DNA of 64,000 nucleotides from Escherichia coli (lineage in GTDB: Bacteria > Pseudomonadota > Gammaproteobacteria > Enterobacterales > Enterobacteriaceae): the NCBI RefSeq assembly GCF_003334355.1, contig NZ_QOWP01000005.1; one strand, written 5' to 3'. The translations under genes were made by a program, and so were the position numbers. Position 1 is the stretch's first letter; each line of letters begins with the position of its first letter. Below are positions 1 to 10,165 of this stretch, in pieces. The notes under the pieces were generated by a model. The model was not told the origin of the DNA. It saw only the letters and a program-made list of their open reading frames with translations, and made no database searches.

Positions 1-1330
1 TGGTCAGGCGACCGTTTGCCATAATGCCCATGCTTTCCAGCCAGCGTTCAAACTCCGGTGACGGGCGCAGGTTGAGTAACTGACGCACAGTGGCGGTATC
101 GTGGAATGCGGTGGTCTGGTAGTTGAGCATGATGTCATCACCCAGCGGCATCCCCATGATGTAGTTGCAGCCTGCGGTGGCGAGCAGGATCATCAGGTTT
201 TCGTTGAGGTTCTGGTCAGCGTCAGCGTGGTTGGTATAACAGCAGTCACAGCCCATAGAGATGCCACTCAGCTTGCCCATAAAGTGATCTTCTAAGCCAG
301 CACGGATAATCTGGCGGTCGTTGTAGAGATACTCCGGCCCAATAAAGCCGACCACGGTGTTGACGATAAACGGATCGTAATGACGCGCCAGCCCGTAGTT
401 ACGTGCTTCCATCGTTACCTGGTCTGCGCCGAAGTTAGCGCCAGCGGATAGCGCAGAGCCTTGTCCGGTTTCGAAGTAGAGGCAGTTTTCCCCGGCGATA
501 CGGTTGAACTCCGCGCCCACTGCGCGCGCTTCGTCGAGCATCGCCAGCTCCACGCCAAACTCTTTCAGCCCTTTTTCGCTGCCACAGATACTCTGGAAAA
601 TCAGCCCGCCCGGTGCGCCACGACGGATCGCTTCGATCTGGGTGGTGACGTGCGCCAGTACACAGCCCTGAGTTGGGATGTTGAATTTGTCGATCACGCC
701 ATAGATGGTATCCAACACGCGGCTTAAGTTTTCCACGTCGTCAGTCACCGGGTTAACGCCGATCACCGCATCGCCCACCCCGAAGGAAAGCCCTTCGTAG
801 ATTTGCGCGGCGATACTTTGCACGTCGTCACGGGTGTCATTTGGCTGCAAACGGGCGCTAAAGGTGCCCGGAATACCGATGGTGGTATTGGCCTTTTTGA
901 TTACCGGCATTTTCTTCGCGCCGTAGATCAGGTCCGCGTTGGAGCAAATCTTCGCTACCGCCGCGACCACTTCCGAGGTCAGCCCTTTGCGGGTAAAGGC
1001 AATGTCGTCCACGCTGGTTTCATCGCTCAGCACATACTCACGCAGTTCGCTGATGCTCCAGTTTTTAATCTGGTTGTAGGCCGTTTCGTTAACATCGTCC
1101 TGAATCAGCCGCGTCACGCAGTCATCTTCATAGGCAATCACCGGATTATTGCGGATGTCCGCTACGGTCATTTCCGACAACACCTGCTTTGCCGCCACGC
1201 GCTCCTGTGAGCTTGCCGCTGCGACGCCCGCCAGCACATCCCCCGAACGCAGTTCGTTGGCTTTAGCCAGCACCTCTTTTACATCCTTAAACTGATATAC
1301 ATTGCCGAACAATGTGGTCTTTAGTTTCAT
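1..1330 (-). CDS. eutB: ethanolamine ammonia-lyase large subunit EutB (partial; C-terminal end lies beyond window start)
   Basis: Minus-strand frame beginning MKLKTTLFGNVYQFKDVKEVLAKANE at ~1330 and open to position 1; recognised EutB N-terminus; about 11 nt upstream gap to the eutA stop. Confidence 0.9.
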   Translation of the reverse strand, partial: MKLKTTLFGNVYQFKDVKEVLAKANELRSGDVLAGVAAASSQERVAAKQVLSEMTVADIRNNPVIAYEDDCVTRLIQDDVNETAYNQIKNWSISELREYVLSDETSVDDIAFTRKGLTSEVVAAVAKICSNADLIYGAKKMPVIKKANTTIGIPGTFSARLQPNDTRDDVQSIAAQIYEGLSFGVGDAVIGVNPVTDDVENLSRVLDTIYGVIDKFNIPTQGCVLAHVTTQIEAIRRGAPGGLIFQSICGSEKGLKEFGVELAMLDEARAVGAEFNRIAGENCLYFETGQGSALSAGANFGADQVTMEARNYGLARHYDPFIVNTVVGFIGPEYLYNDRQIIRAGLEDHFMGKLSGISMGCDCCYTNHADADQNLNENLMILLATAGCNYIMGMPLGDDIMLNYQTTAFHDTATVRQLLNLRPSPEFERWLESMGIMANGRLT

Positions 1331-1341
1331 AAGTCGTTCCC

Positions 1342-2745
1342 TCAGGAAGGAAATGCGAGTGATTTCACCGTCACCGGCACAACCGATCCGCCAAAAAGAG
1401 GCGTACCAATGTCGATATAGTCCCCCGCGCGGACAATCACTTCGTCAATGACTGCCAACGGGAGTTGTTGTAGCTGTGGGCGCAACAACATGCCCAGAGC
1501 TTTACCAAAGTCCTGCCCGGCCACCACCAGCAGGGGATGCGGATTCGGAAAACGCGCGACGAAATCGACCAACGCGTTGATGACCGTCAGTACCGCGGCG
1601 TAACGCACAGGCAGCGAGGCGGGAAGCGCCAGCACGTACGCGTCAGTTTTGGGATCAAGATCCAGCTGAATCAGCGCCTGTTGCCAGGCCCCCACCAGAT
1701 CCGTTTCATCAATCGGGATCGCCACCGGCAAATTGCGCAGCGGCAGTTGTACGCCCTCAAGCCAGATTGTGCTGCCAGAGAGCGAAAGGGTATGCGCGCC
1801 CGCGCCAATCACCGTGGCGCGCACGGTTTGCGCCGGAAACTGTACGTTCATCTCACGCAGGCGCGGATGGTCATGCAGCGCAGTTGCCAGCAGCGGGCCA
1901 ATATCGGCAAAACAGAACGGGTCGGCGGGCTGGTGGCGATAACATTCGCCCACGCCGCCAGAAAGCGTAATGATTTCGGGCGTAACACCTGCGGGCAGCA
2001 AACCGGTTTGCATCAATGCCTGCGCGAGCGGTGAGAGCGTTCCGTCAATCACTTCGACAATCAGTTCTGCCATCCGCCGGGTCACCTGCACCAGCTGCGC
2101 GCCGGTCAGCGAACGGGCGTCGGTGCCTGCACCGAAGCACTCATCCACAATCATCTGCCCCGGTTTATGAGCGTAAACCACGCGCCCGTGGCTGTCGGTT
2201 TCCAGCAGGCGACCACCGACGTTGAGGCAGGCAGTGCCGCTGATTTTTCCGGCATCGAACAGGGCGTAGTTCGCGGTGCCACCGCCGATGTCGATATTCA
2301 GTACCCGACACAGCCGTTGTTCAGAAAGGGTTTGTGCCCCGGCTCCGTGACCGGCGATCACGGATTCGAGGTGCGGCCCGGCGCTGGCAACGACAAAATC
2401 GCCCAGCGACTGAGAGAGCGCCATCACCGCCGGGCGAGCATTGCGGGTTTTCGCGCTTTCACCGGTGATGATGATGGCACCAGAATCAACGCTTTCCGGC
2501 TCAATACCCGCAGCATGATATTGCTCGAGTATTAAGGTTTTCAGTTCCGCTTCTTTTAAACCGCCCTGTTTATCGACAGGGGTAAAGAACACCGGACTTT
2601 GCCAGCTAATTTCGCGTTTAATGAATTCGTAGCGCGGCACCTGCGACACCGCCGCACGGTTAACCAGCTCCAGCCGGGAGAAAATCACCTGGGTGGTGGT
2701 GGTGCCGATATCGATACCGACGCTCAATAGCTGGCGAGTGTTCAC
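1342..2745 (-). CDS. eutA: ethanolamine ammonia-lyase reactivase EutA
   Basis: 467-aa ORF from track; apparent GTG start; sequence recognised as EutA. Confidence 0.93.
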   Translation of the reverse strand: MNTRQLLSVGIDIGTTTTQVIFSRLELVNRAAVSQVPRYEFIKREISWQSPVFFTPVDKQGGLKEAELKTLILEQYHAAGIEPESVDSGAIIITGESAKTRNARPAVMALSQSLGDFVVASAGPHLESVIAGHGAGAQTLSEQRLCRVLNIDIGGGTANYALFDAGKISGTACLNVGGRLLETDSHGRVVYAHKPGQMIVDECFGAGTDARSLTGAQLVQVTRRMAELIVEVIDGTLSPLAQALMQTGLLPAGVTPEIITLSGGVGECYRHQPADPFCFADIGPLLATALHDHPRLREMNVQFPAQTVRATVIGAGAHTLSLSGSTIWLEGVQLPLRNLPVAIPIDETDLVGAWQQALIQLDLDPKTDAYVLALPASLPVRYAAVLTVINALVDFVARFPNPHPLLVVAGQDFGKALGMLLRPQLQQLPLAVIDEVIVRAGDYIDIGTPLFGGSVVPVTVKSLAFPS

Positions 2746-3968
2746 GATTGTGCCTCCGCTTCGGTTTTAGTCGCGGTCGCGTCTTCTTTTGGCACCAGCA
2801 TCATCGCCACGCCAATCGCCGTTACGCCGCCGATCAACTTGCCGACAATCATCGGGAAGATCATGGCGTTCATGTTGGCAGCGGCGAAGCCTAAGTGGTC
2901 GCCCAGGGCGAAAGCAGCGGAAACGGCGAAGGCGCAGTTGATGACTTTGCCGCGGGTATCCATCTGCTTCATCATGCCGAACATCGGGATGTTGTTGGCA
3001 AGCGTTGCCACCATGCCGGCTGCCGCGATGTTGTTCATATTCAGTACTTTACCGACGCTCATCAGCGGTTTTTCAAACCAGCGAGTCAGCAGCAGCACCA
3101 TCGGATACGCCCCTAACAGAACGCAGGAGATAGAACCGATAACTTCAATGGCGCGCATCACCTCACCGGGTTTATCGCCAGGGGCCATAAAGATAGGATC
3201 CAGACCGGGGATCAGTTCCCAGCCAAGCAGGAATTTCACTACCGCAGCGGCAAGACCGAGGGTGATCAATGCAACGAGGAATTTGGCGAAGATCTGGAAG
3301 CCGTTGATCATTTTTTCCGGGATGAATTTCAGCCCCAGCGCCACCAGAATCGCAACAATGATCACCGGGATCATGTTCATCAGGATCAGGGCGAAAGTGA
3401 ATTCCACCGGCTGGCCGTTGATCTGCACACCGGAGTACATAGCAACCAGACCACCAGCGATACAACCAATCGGAATGGTCACAATGCCCGCCAGCACGCC
3501 GAGCGCCAGATAACGACGGTCAGAAGGTTCGATAATGCCGAGCGCCACCGGAATGGAAAACACAATCGTTGGCCCCATCATCGACCCGAGAATTAACCCA
3601 GAGTATAGCCACGCGGCTACGTCGCCGCCCGCCAGCTCTTTGGCGAGGAAGAAGCCGCCCATATCGCACGCCAGCAGTGTTCCGGCGAACATCGATGGGT
3701 TAGCGCCGAGCATTTCGTAAACCGGAATAATTACCGGCCCGAGAACGTGAGCCAGTACCGGTGCCAGCGCGGTCATACCGACCATCGCCAGGCCCAGTGC
3801 GCCCATTGCCATAAAGCCTTCTTCGAACTGACCGCCTGATCCTTCGATACTTTTACCGAACTTACCGAGGAAACGAGCAGAACCGCCGAACTGCGACAGG
3901 ATCCTGTCTACGGCAGCTATCAGCATAAAGAACATCATGATGTACATGATGATTTCGTTAATTCCCAT
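2742..3968 (-). CDS. eutH: ethanolamine permease/facilitator EutH
   Basis: 408-aa highly hydrophobic ORF; overlaps eutA start by 4 nt; recognised as EutH. Confidence 0.93.
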   Translation of the reverse strand: MGINEIIMYIMMFFMLIAAVDRILSQFGGSARFLGKFGKSIEGSGGQFEEGFMAMGALGLAMVGMTALAPVLAHVLGPVIIPVYEMLGANPSMFAGTLLACDMGGFFLAKELAGGDVAAWLYSGLILGSMMGPTIVFSIPVALGIIEPSDRRYLALGVLAGIVTIPIGCIAGGLVAMYSGVQINGQPVEFTFALILMNMIPVIIVAILVALGLKFIPEKMINGFQIFAKFLVALITLGLAAAVVKFLLGWELIPGLDPIFMAPGDKPGEVMRAIEVIGSISCVLLGAYPMVLLLTRWFEKPLMSVGKVLNMNNIAAAGMVATLANNIPMFGMMKQMDTRGKVINCAFAVSAAFALGDHLGFAAANMNAMIFPMIVGKLIGGVTAIGVAMMLVPKEDATATKTEAEAQS

Positions 3969-3983
3969 CGCCTTTACTCCCTG

Positions 3984-4184
<201 letters not shown>

Positions 4185-5372
4185 TTATTGCGCCGCTGCG
4201 TACAGGCCGACAATCTGCTCCAGGCTGGCGGTACGCGGGTTACTGCGCAGACAAATATCTTCCAGCGCGGCCTGCGCCCATGCGCCGTAATGCGCAGATG
4301 TCGCACCAACATCGCCCAGTCGTTTACCAATCCCAACTTCCGCAATCAGCTCACTTACCGCGTTAATAGCGTCACGATCGTCGGATTTTTTAGTTCGCAG
4401 TGCCCGACCAATCTGACTAAAGCGTTCACGACAAACCATCCGGTTAAATTCCATCACCGTTGGCAGCAACATGGCGTTCGCGAGACCGTGCGGAATATGC
4501 AGCGCCGCGCCCGGCTGATGCGCCATCGCGTGGCACAACCCAAGACCCGCACTGGAAAACGCCATTCCCGCCATACATGAAGCCAGTAACATGCTCTCGC
4601 GCGCGGCAAGGTCGTGACCGTAGCCCACCGCTTTCGGCAGCGATTTGCCAATCATCGCAATGGCACCAATCGCCAGGCTGTCGGTAAACGGTGTAGCGTT
4701 CAGGGCGCTGTATGCTTCAATGGCATGGGTTAACGCATCAATGCCGGTCATCGCCGTGACATGCGACGGCACACCTTCGGTCAATGCGGCGTCGAGGATC
4801 GCCACATCCGGCATCAGCGAGGCATGGGCTAACACCTGCTTGCGCCCGCTCACCGCGTCGATAATCACCGTTACATTGGTGGTTTCAGAGCCGGTTCCGG
4901 CGGTCGTTGGAATGGCAATCAGCGGCAAGCGCGGTTGCAGAACGCTGGTTTCTGACATCTCTGCCAGCGTGCTATCGGGGTTCGTCACCAGCAACGCCAC
5001 GGCTTTCGCCGCATCCAGCACCGAGCCGCCGCCAAATGCGATCACCCCATCACAGCCTGACTCACGCAACTGCGCCACGGCTGCACACACGTCGGTAATG
5101 CACGGTTCGCCCACCGGACATGGCCAGAGCGTCATGGCGATGCCTTTAACAGCCAGGCTGCGCGTCAGCCCGGCGGTCATCCCCGCCTGATGCAAAAAGC
5201 TGTCTGCCATCACGAACAGATGTTTCAGCCCACGCGTTTGCGCTTGCTGCCCGCAACTGCTCACCGCGCCCGGACCGCAAAGCGTCACCGGTGGAACGCT
5301 AAATGTTTTTACCCGTTGCAGATTCAGGGTATCGAACGCCTGAAAGAGCGCGGTCTGCAATTCATTTTGCAT
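4185..5372 (-). CDS. eutG: iron-containing alcohol dehydrogenase EutG
   Basis: ORF track 4185..5399; start trimmed to internal Met (MQNELQTALFQ) giving 395 aa; Fe-ADH family sequence. Confidence 0.9.
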   Translation of the reverse strand: MQNELQTALFQAFDTLNLQRVKTFSVPPVTLCGPGAVSSCGQQAQTRGLKHLFVMADSFLHQAGMTAGLTRSLAVKGIAMTLWPCPVGEPCITDVCAAVAQLRESGCDGVIAFGGGSVLDAAKAVALLVTNPDSTLAEMSETSVLQPRLPLIAIPTTAGTGSETTNVTVIIDAVSGRKQVLAHASLMPDVAILDAALTEGVPSHVTAMTGIDALTHAIEAYSALNATPFTDSLAIGAIAMIGKSLPKAVGYGHDLAARESMLLASCMAGMAFSSAGLGLCHAMAHQPGAALHIPHGLANAMLLPTVMEFNRMVCRERFSQIGRALRTKKSDDRDAINAVSELIAEVGIGKRLGDVGATSAHYGAWAQAALEDICLRSNPRTASLEQIVGLYAAAQ

Positions 5373-6198
5373 ATAGCCCCTCCGCTTTCTCTCGCCCACT
5401 ACTGGCGATCGCCAGCGGGGTCATAAACAAACTGTGCTGCGGTAAATGCACCTGTAACGCCGGGAATTGTTTGCGAAACAGTTCCGCCACGCCCGGTTGC
5501 AAACAAGAGCCGCCCGCCAGCCATAAATCAGTAATGCCCTGCCCTTCAATATGCCGGGCGACAATGTCCGCCATTTTTTCGTACACCGGTTTCACCGCAG
5601 GCCAAATCTCTTCACCGTGACCGCGCTTGTACTGCTCCGCCTCTTCCAGCGAAATACGGCGATTTCCGGCGAGAGTCAGAGAGATGTGATGTCCGCCGGT
5701 GGCTTCATCCGCCGAGTACGTCACCTTGCCCTTTTTCACGATGGCAATGCCGGTAGTGCCGCCGCCGATATCCACTACACCGGCGTTGTCCAGTTGCAGC
5801 AGATCCGCAACTGCGGTTGGCTCATCCAGCACATGGCTCACTTCCAGCCCGGCAGATTCCAGCACGTTGATGGAAATACGCGGGTCCGTACCTGGAGGAA
5901 ATGAAGTCGCCGCATGGCTAAAACGAAGACCGAATTGCTGCTCAAGAGTGTCGAGATGGCGACGAACAATGGTGACCGCACCGAAGAAATCCCAGACGAT
6001 GCCGTCGCGGACCACATCGGCCCAGTCGAGGCATACCGCCACCGGCTGACCGTCGCGGTCAACAACCATCGACACCACATCGCAGGTGCCCAGATCCACC
6101 CCCAGCCACAGCGGAGATTCCGTCGCGGCGGGCGTCTGGTTACACAGCGTTGCCGCCGTTTGCAGACGTGGGGTGAGCCATTGTTCGTCGTGCGCCAT
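5362..6198 (-). CDS. eutJ: ethanolamine utilisation chaperone-like protein EutJ (actin/Hsp70 fold)
   Basis: 278-aa ORF; overlaps eutG start; recognised as EutJ. Confidence 0.93.
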   Translation of the reverse strand: MAHDEQWLTPRLQTAATLCNQTPAATESPLWLGVDLGTCDVVSMVVDRDGQPVAVCLDWADVVRDGIVWDFFGAVTIVRRHLDTLEQQFGLRFSHAATSFPPGTDPRISINVLESAGLEVSHVLDEPTAVADLLQLDNAGVVDIGGGTTGIAIVKKGKVTYSADEATGGHHISLTLAGNRRISLEEAEQYKRGHGEEIWPAVKPVYEKMADIVARHIEGQGITDLWLAGGSCLQPGVAELFRKQFPALQVHLPQHSLFMTPLAIASSGREKAEGLYAK

Positions 6199-6208
6199 CT
6201 GTTACTCC

Positions 6209-7612
6209 TTAAACAATGCGAAACGCATCGACTAATACACAGCGACGCAGACGGACAAACGTACGCGCGCTGGTTACCCCTTCACCGGTTGGCGTGGTGA
6301 TGGTCATGGTGGTCCAGCCTTCCCCGCCCAGCCCCAGCCCGGCAATGCACGGTCCGTTCTTAACGAAAATGCTGGTATCAATAGCATTCGCCATCTGGTT
6401 CATGTTTTCGATGTTGCGCGAGTGCATTGCCGCCGTGTGGTGGCAACCGCCTTCCAGTTTCACCGCCAGCGCAATGGCATCCGCCACGTTGGCGACGCGC
6501 ACGACGGGCAGCACCGGCATCATCAGTTCGGTCACGGCAAACGGATGTTCTGCAGTGGTTTCCACAAACAGCAAACGCGTTTCTTGCGGCACGTTCAGGC
6601 CGATTGCCGCCGCGATTTTCGCCGCATCGCGACCAACCCAGTCACGGCTGACGGTGCCTTTTCCGCGCTCGTCGATATTTTTCAGCAACACCGGTTGCAG
6701 CTGCTGCGCCTGTTCTGCGGTCAGTTTCACCGCGTGCTGGCCTTCCATCAGACGCATCAGTTCATCGGCTACGCTATCAACAACAATCAGTACCTTTTCG
6801 TCGGCACAAATGATGTTGTTATCGAAAGAAGCGCCTTTGACGATGGACTGAGCGGCACGGGCGAGGTCGGCGGTTTCATCCACCACTACCGGCGGGTTGC
6901 CAGCGCCTGCGGCAATCAGACGTTTATTGGTGTGTTTACGCGCCGCTTCTACTACCGCTTCGCCGCCGGTCACCACCAGAAGGCCGATGCCCGGAAACTT
7001 GAACAAACGCTGCGCGGTTTCGATATCCGGATTTGCCACAGTAACCAGTAAGTTTTCCGGCCCGCCTGCGGCAACAATCGCCTGGTTGAGCAGCGTGATC
7101 GCCCGCTGGGAGACTTTTTTCGCCGCCGGATGCGGGGCAAAAATGACGCTGTTGCCCGCGGCAATCAGGCTGATGGCGTTATTAATTACGGTTGCCGCCG
7201 GGTTAGTGGACGGAGTTACCGAAGCCACCACGCCCCAGGGCGCGTTTTCAATTAAAGTCAGGCCGTTGTCGCCGGTCAGCACCTGCGGAGAGAGACACTC
7301 AACGCCTGGCGTGCCGCGCGCCTGAGCGACGTTTTTGGCAAATTTATCTTCAACGCGGCCCATGCCGGTTTCACTGACGGCAAGTTCCGCTAAATCTCTG
7401 GCGTGTTTTTCGCCTGCCTCACGAATGGCAGCAATGGCTAACTGGCGCATTGCCACGCTTTTTAACCCTTGCTGGGCGACTTTGGCTGCCGCAACGGCGT
7501 CATCCAGGGACGCGAAAACGCCCATCTCATGAACGGCGGCGGGCGGCATGTCACTGCTTTGCATTTTCAGCAGTACCGCTTTCACCACCTGTTCAATATC
7601 CTGTTGATTCAT
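6209..7612 (-). CDS. eutE: CoA-acylating acetaldehyde dehydrogenase EutE
   Basis: 467-aa ORF; aldehyde dehydrogenase family; recognised as EutE. Confidence 0.93.
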   Translation of the reverse strand: MNQQDIEQVVKAVLLKMQSSDMPPAAVHEMGVFASLDDAVAAAKVAQQGLKSVAMRQLAIAAIREAGEKHARDLAELAVSETGMGRVEDKFAKNVAQARGTPGVECLSPQVLTGDNGLTLIENAPWGVVASVTPSTNPAATVINNAISLIAAGNSVIFAPHPAAKKVSQRAITLLNQAIVAAGGPENLLVTVANPDIETAQRLFKFPGIGLLVVTGGEAVVEAARKHTNKRLIAAGAGNPPVVVDETADLARAAQSIVKGASFDNNIICADEKVLIVVDSVADELMRLMEGQHAVKLTAEQAQQLQPVLLKNIDERGKGTVSRDWVGRDAAKIAAAIGLNVPQETRLLFVETTAEHPFAVTELMMPVLPVVRVANVADAIALAVKLEGGCHHTAAMHSRNIENMNQMANAIDTSIFVKNGPCIAGLGLGGEGWTTMTITTPTGEGVTSARTFVRLRRCVLVDAFRIV

Positions 7613-7623
7613 GATGTTCTGCC

Positions 7624-7911
7624 TTATTTGTGGAAAATTACCTGACCGCCAGACACCACCTCATCGACAATGCCAATCACGCACAGATCGACCGGTGACG
7701 TTTCGCTTTTATGCGCCTGGCGGGCGGAACTGCCACTCACCAGTAACACCCACTCCCCGGTCCCCGCGCCAATATTGTCGATGGCGACGGCGCATTGCCC
7801 GTCAGGATTACCTTGTGAATCAATCATTTCCACCATCAGCAATTTGTCATGCGCCAGTCCGTGATGGCGTACGGTACAAACAATTTGTCCAGTGACGACT
7901 GCCAGTTTCAT
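7624..7911 (-). CDS. eutN: microcompartment vertex protein EutN (EutN/CcmL family)
   Basis: 95-aa ORF MKLAVVTGQIVCTVRHHG; recognised as EutN. Confidence 0.93.
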   Translation of the reverse strand: MKLAVVTGQIVCTVRHHGLAHDKLLMVEMIDSQGNPDGQCAVAIDNIGAGTGEWVLLVSGSSARQAHKSETSPVDLCVIGIVDEVVSGGQVIFHK

Positions 7912-8017
7912 ACCCGCCTCCGTGGCGTATTTCAGGTAAAAGCTCCCCCTACCCTCCGCAGAAGGTAAAATGAAAAAGGAGAGAGCGTGACGCCCGAATC
8001 GACGTCACACAGGGTGA

Positions 8018-8311
8018 TTACAGGTTGCTGCTATCGCCTTTCAGGCCGATCGGGAAGACTTCTTCCAGGTCGCCGTGCGGACGCGGGATAACGTGTACAG
8101 ATACCAGCTCGCCGATACGCTGTGCCGCTGCGGCACCTGCATCGATCGCGGCTTTACAGGCTGCAACATCACCACGAACCATGGCAGTACACAGGCCGCC
8201 GCCAATCTGCTTAACACCAACCAGCTTGACGCGCGCAGCTTTCACCATCGCGTCAGAAGCCTCAATCAGTGCAACCAGGCCCCGGGTTTCGATCATTCCT
8301 AATGCTTCCAT
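8018..8311 (-). CDS. eutM: microcompartment shell protein EutM (BMC-H domain)
   Basis: ORF track 8018..8353 trimmed to [18 protein letters not shown] (97 aa); canonical BMC shell protein. Confidence 0.93.
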   Translation of the reverse strand: MEALGMIETRGLVALIEASDAMVKAARVKLVGVKQIGGGLCTAMVRGDVAACKAAIDAGAAAAQRIGELVSVHVIPRPHGDLEEVFPIGLKGDSSNL

Positions 8312-8349
8312 TGTGCTTTCCTCTTTATCAGGGTCCAGAACGGGACCGT

Positions 8350-9366
8350 TCATTCAACCAGTGTTTGTAAACTGCTTTCGCGGTTCACTTCTGTCTGACG
8401 CGGCACAGCTGCCACCAGCGCCAGCTCGATAATTTCCTGCACGCTACAACCACGAGAGAGATCGTGCATCGGCGCGGCAAGTCCTTGTATCAGTGGCCCG
8501 ACGGCACGATATCCGCCGAGTCGTTGTGCGATTTTGTAACCAATATTTCCGGCTTCCAGCGACGGAAAAACCATCACATTGGCCTTGCCCTGTAGCGGGC
8601 TGGCAGGCGCTTTTTGCGCCGCCACTTCCGGCACGAAGGCGGCGTCAAACTGTAACTCGCCATCCACCACCAGCTTTGGTGCGCGCTCACGGACGATTTC
8701 TGTCGCCTGCTGGACGTTAGCAACACAGGGGTGACGGGCGCTACCATTGCTGGAAAACGACAGCATCGCCACGCGCGGCTCTTCTCCGGTGATGGCGCGC
8801 CAGGTTTCGGCACTGGCAAGCGCGATATCCGCCAGCTGCGCCGCCGTCGGCTGTGGCACCACGCTGCAATCGGCAAAGCCCAACGCCGGGCCGCTGTACT
8901 GTGGCAACATCAGGAAAATGGAAGAGAGCGTTTTACAGCCTGGCTGCAAGCCGATAATGCGTAATCCGGCACGCAGCACATTTGCCGTGGAAGAGAGGTT
9001 GCCCGCGATACAGACATCCGCTTTACCGGCGCTGACCATTGCTGCGGCGAACATCAGAGGGTCGGTAAGTTTTTCCAGCGCATCCGGCGGCGTTTTTTCG
9101 CCCGCGCGGGCCAGCCAGCGATGAGCAAATTCTTCCCGCATTGCGAGGTTGCCATGCGGATCAATCACCTGTAGCCCGTCCATCGCCACGCCGTGACTGA
9201 GCGCAAACTGACGAAGTTCAAACGGATTGGCGACCAGAATGGGCGTTGCCAGACCTTGTTGATGTAAATATTGCGCGGCTTTCAGCACACGTTGGTCTAA
9301 CGCATCCGGAAAAACCACTCTGGCGGGCGCTCGCAACGCCAGTTCACGACAACGTTCAATAATCAT
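8350..9366 (-). CDS. eutD: phosphotransacetylase EutD
   Basis: 338-aa ORF; Pta-like sequence; overlaps eutM region by 4 nt in the track. Confidence 0.93.
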
Positions 9367-10165
9367 TGCGTTCCCCCAGTCGTTGTTGGATCTGCTTCAC
9401 CGTTAGCGGCTGCTTCGTTACGCTCAGGATCATCATCACGTAGACCGTGCTGGAAAGGCGGTTCAGCGCCTGCAAAATGTCCGGGCGTAATACTTCAAAG
9501 CTGCGGGTGATAAAGACCTGCGCCGCTACGGTTTCGGTTTCCCGCACTTTGGTGCGTAGCAGATTGAGCAACGCAGCATCGCGCCCGTGGCTGGCTTCCG
9601 GCACCAGATGATCGTGGTCGAGATAGCGCAGCGGCTGATGAGAAAGCCGATGCAGATCTTCGTCAGAAAGCCCGACAATCGCCTGGCAGCCCAGCGGTTC
9701 CCCCAGCGCATCGGCGCGCATAATGTTGCCAAGACGCGAACGGATATCCGCCAGCCACGGCTGCCACGGTTCCGCCAGTTCAATTTGCAGCCACACTACC
9801 AGCGCAATGGTGCTGTCGAGAACCGCGCGAAAACCCAGACGCGGATCGCTTTTGGCGACCATTTTTTCCGCCGACAGGTGAGTCAGCGTATCCGGCTTTT
9901 TTGCCACCGGCTGGCGACACAGTTCGCAGCACGCCTGCGGATGTTCATCGCTACTGGTCAGCCCATGAACGGGCTGCGGCTGCTGCTGTTCATCGTCAAC
10001 AAACAGGCGGCCCTGCTCGTCAATAAACTTGATGCGCAGATGGCGGCTTTCCAGCAACTCCCGGGCAGAGGGCGTCAGGCGACTGTCCGCAGGGAGATGG
10101 ATCTCTGCGCCTTCGCTGAGCGTATGGTTCGCTCTTAGCCATGCTTCGGTGATGAAATCTTTCAT
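9356..10165 (-). CDS. eutT: EutT corrinoid adenosyltransferase
   Basis: [22 protein letters not shown] recognised as EutT; exact start not verified. Confidence 0.88.

Noticed and set aside
1537-2535. Plus-strand ORFs of 66-165 aa inside eutA (and similar antisense ORFs throughout eut, maeB, aegA, tmcA, hyf genes)
   Set aside because: They are entirely antisense to well-supported genes, are Arg/Pro/Ala-rich as expected for GC-rich antisense frames, and lack ribosome-binding sites.
4185-5399. N-terminal extensions in the six-frame track for eutG, eutM, eutS, nudK, tktB, purC, dapA, gcvR, hyfA, hyfJ, uraA, upp, purM, ppk and ppx
   Set aside because: The track reports the longest ORF. Starts were moved to the internal codon that reproduces the recognised N-terminus and expected protein length.
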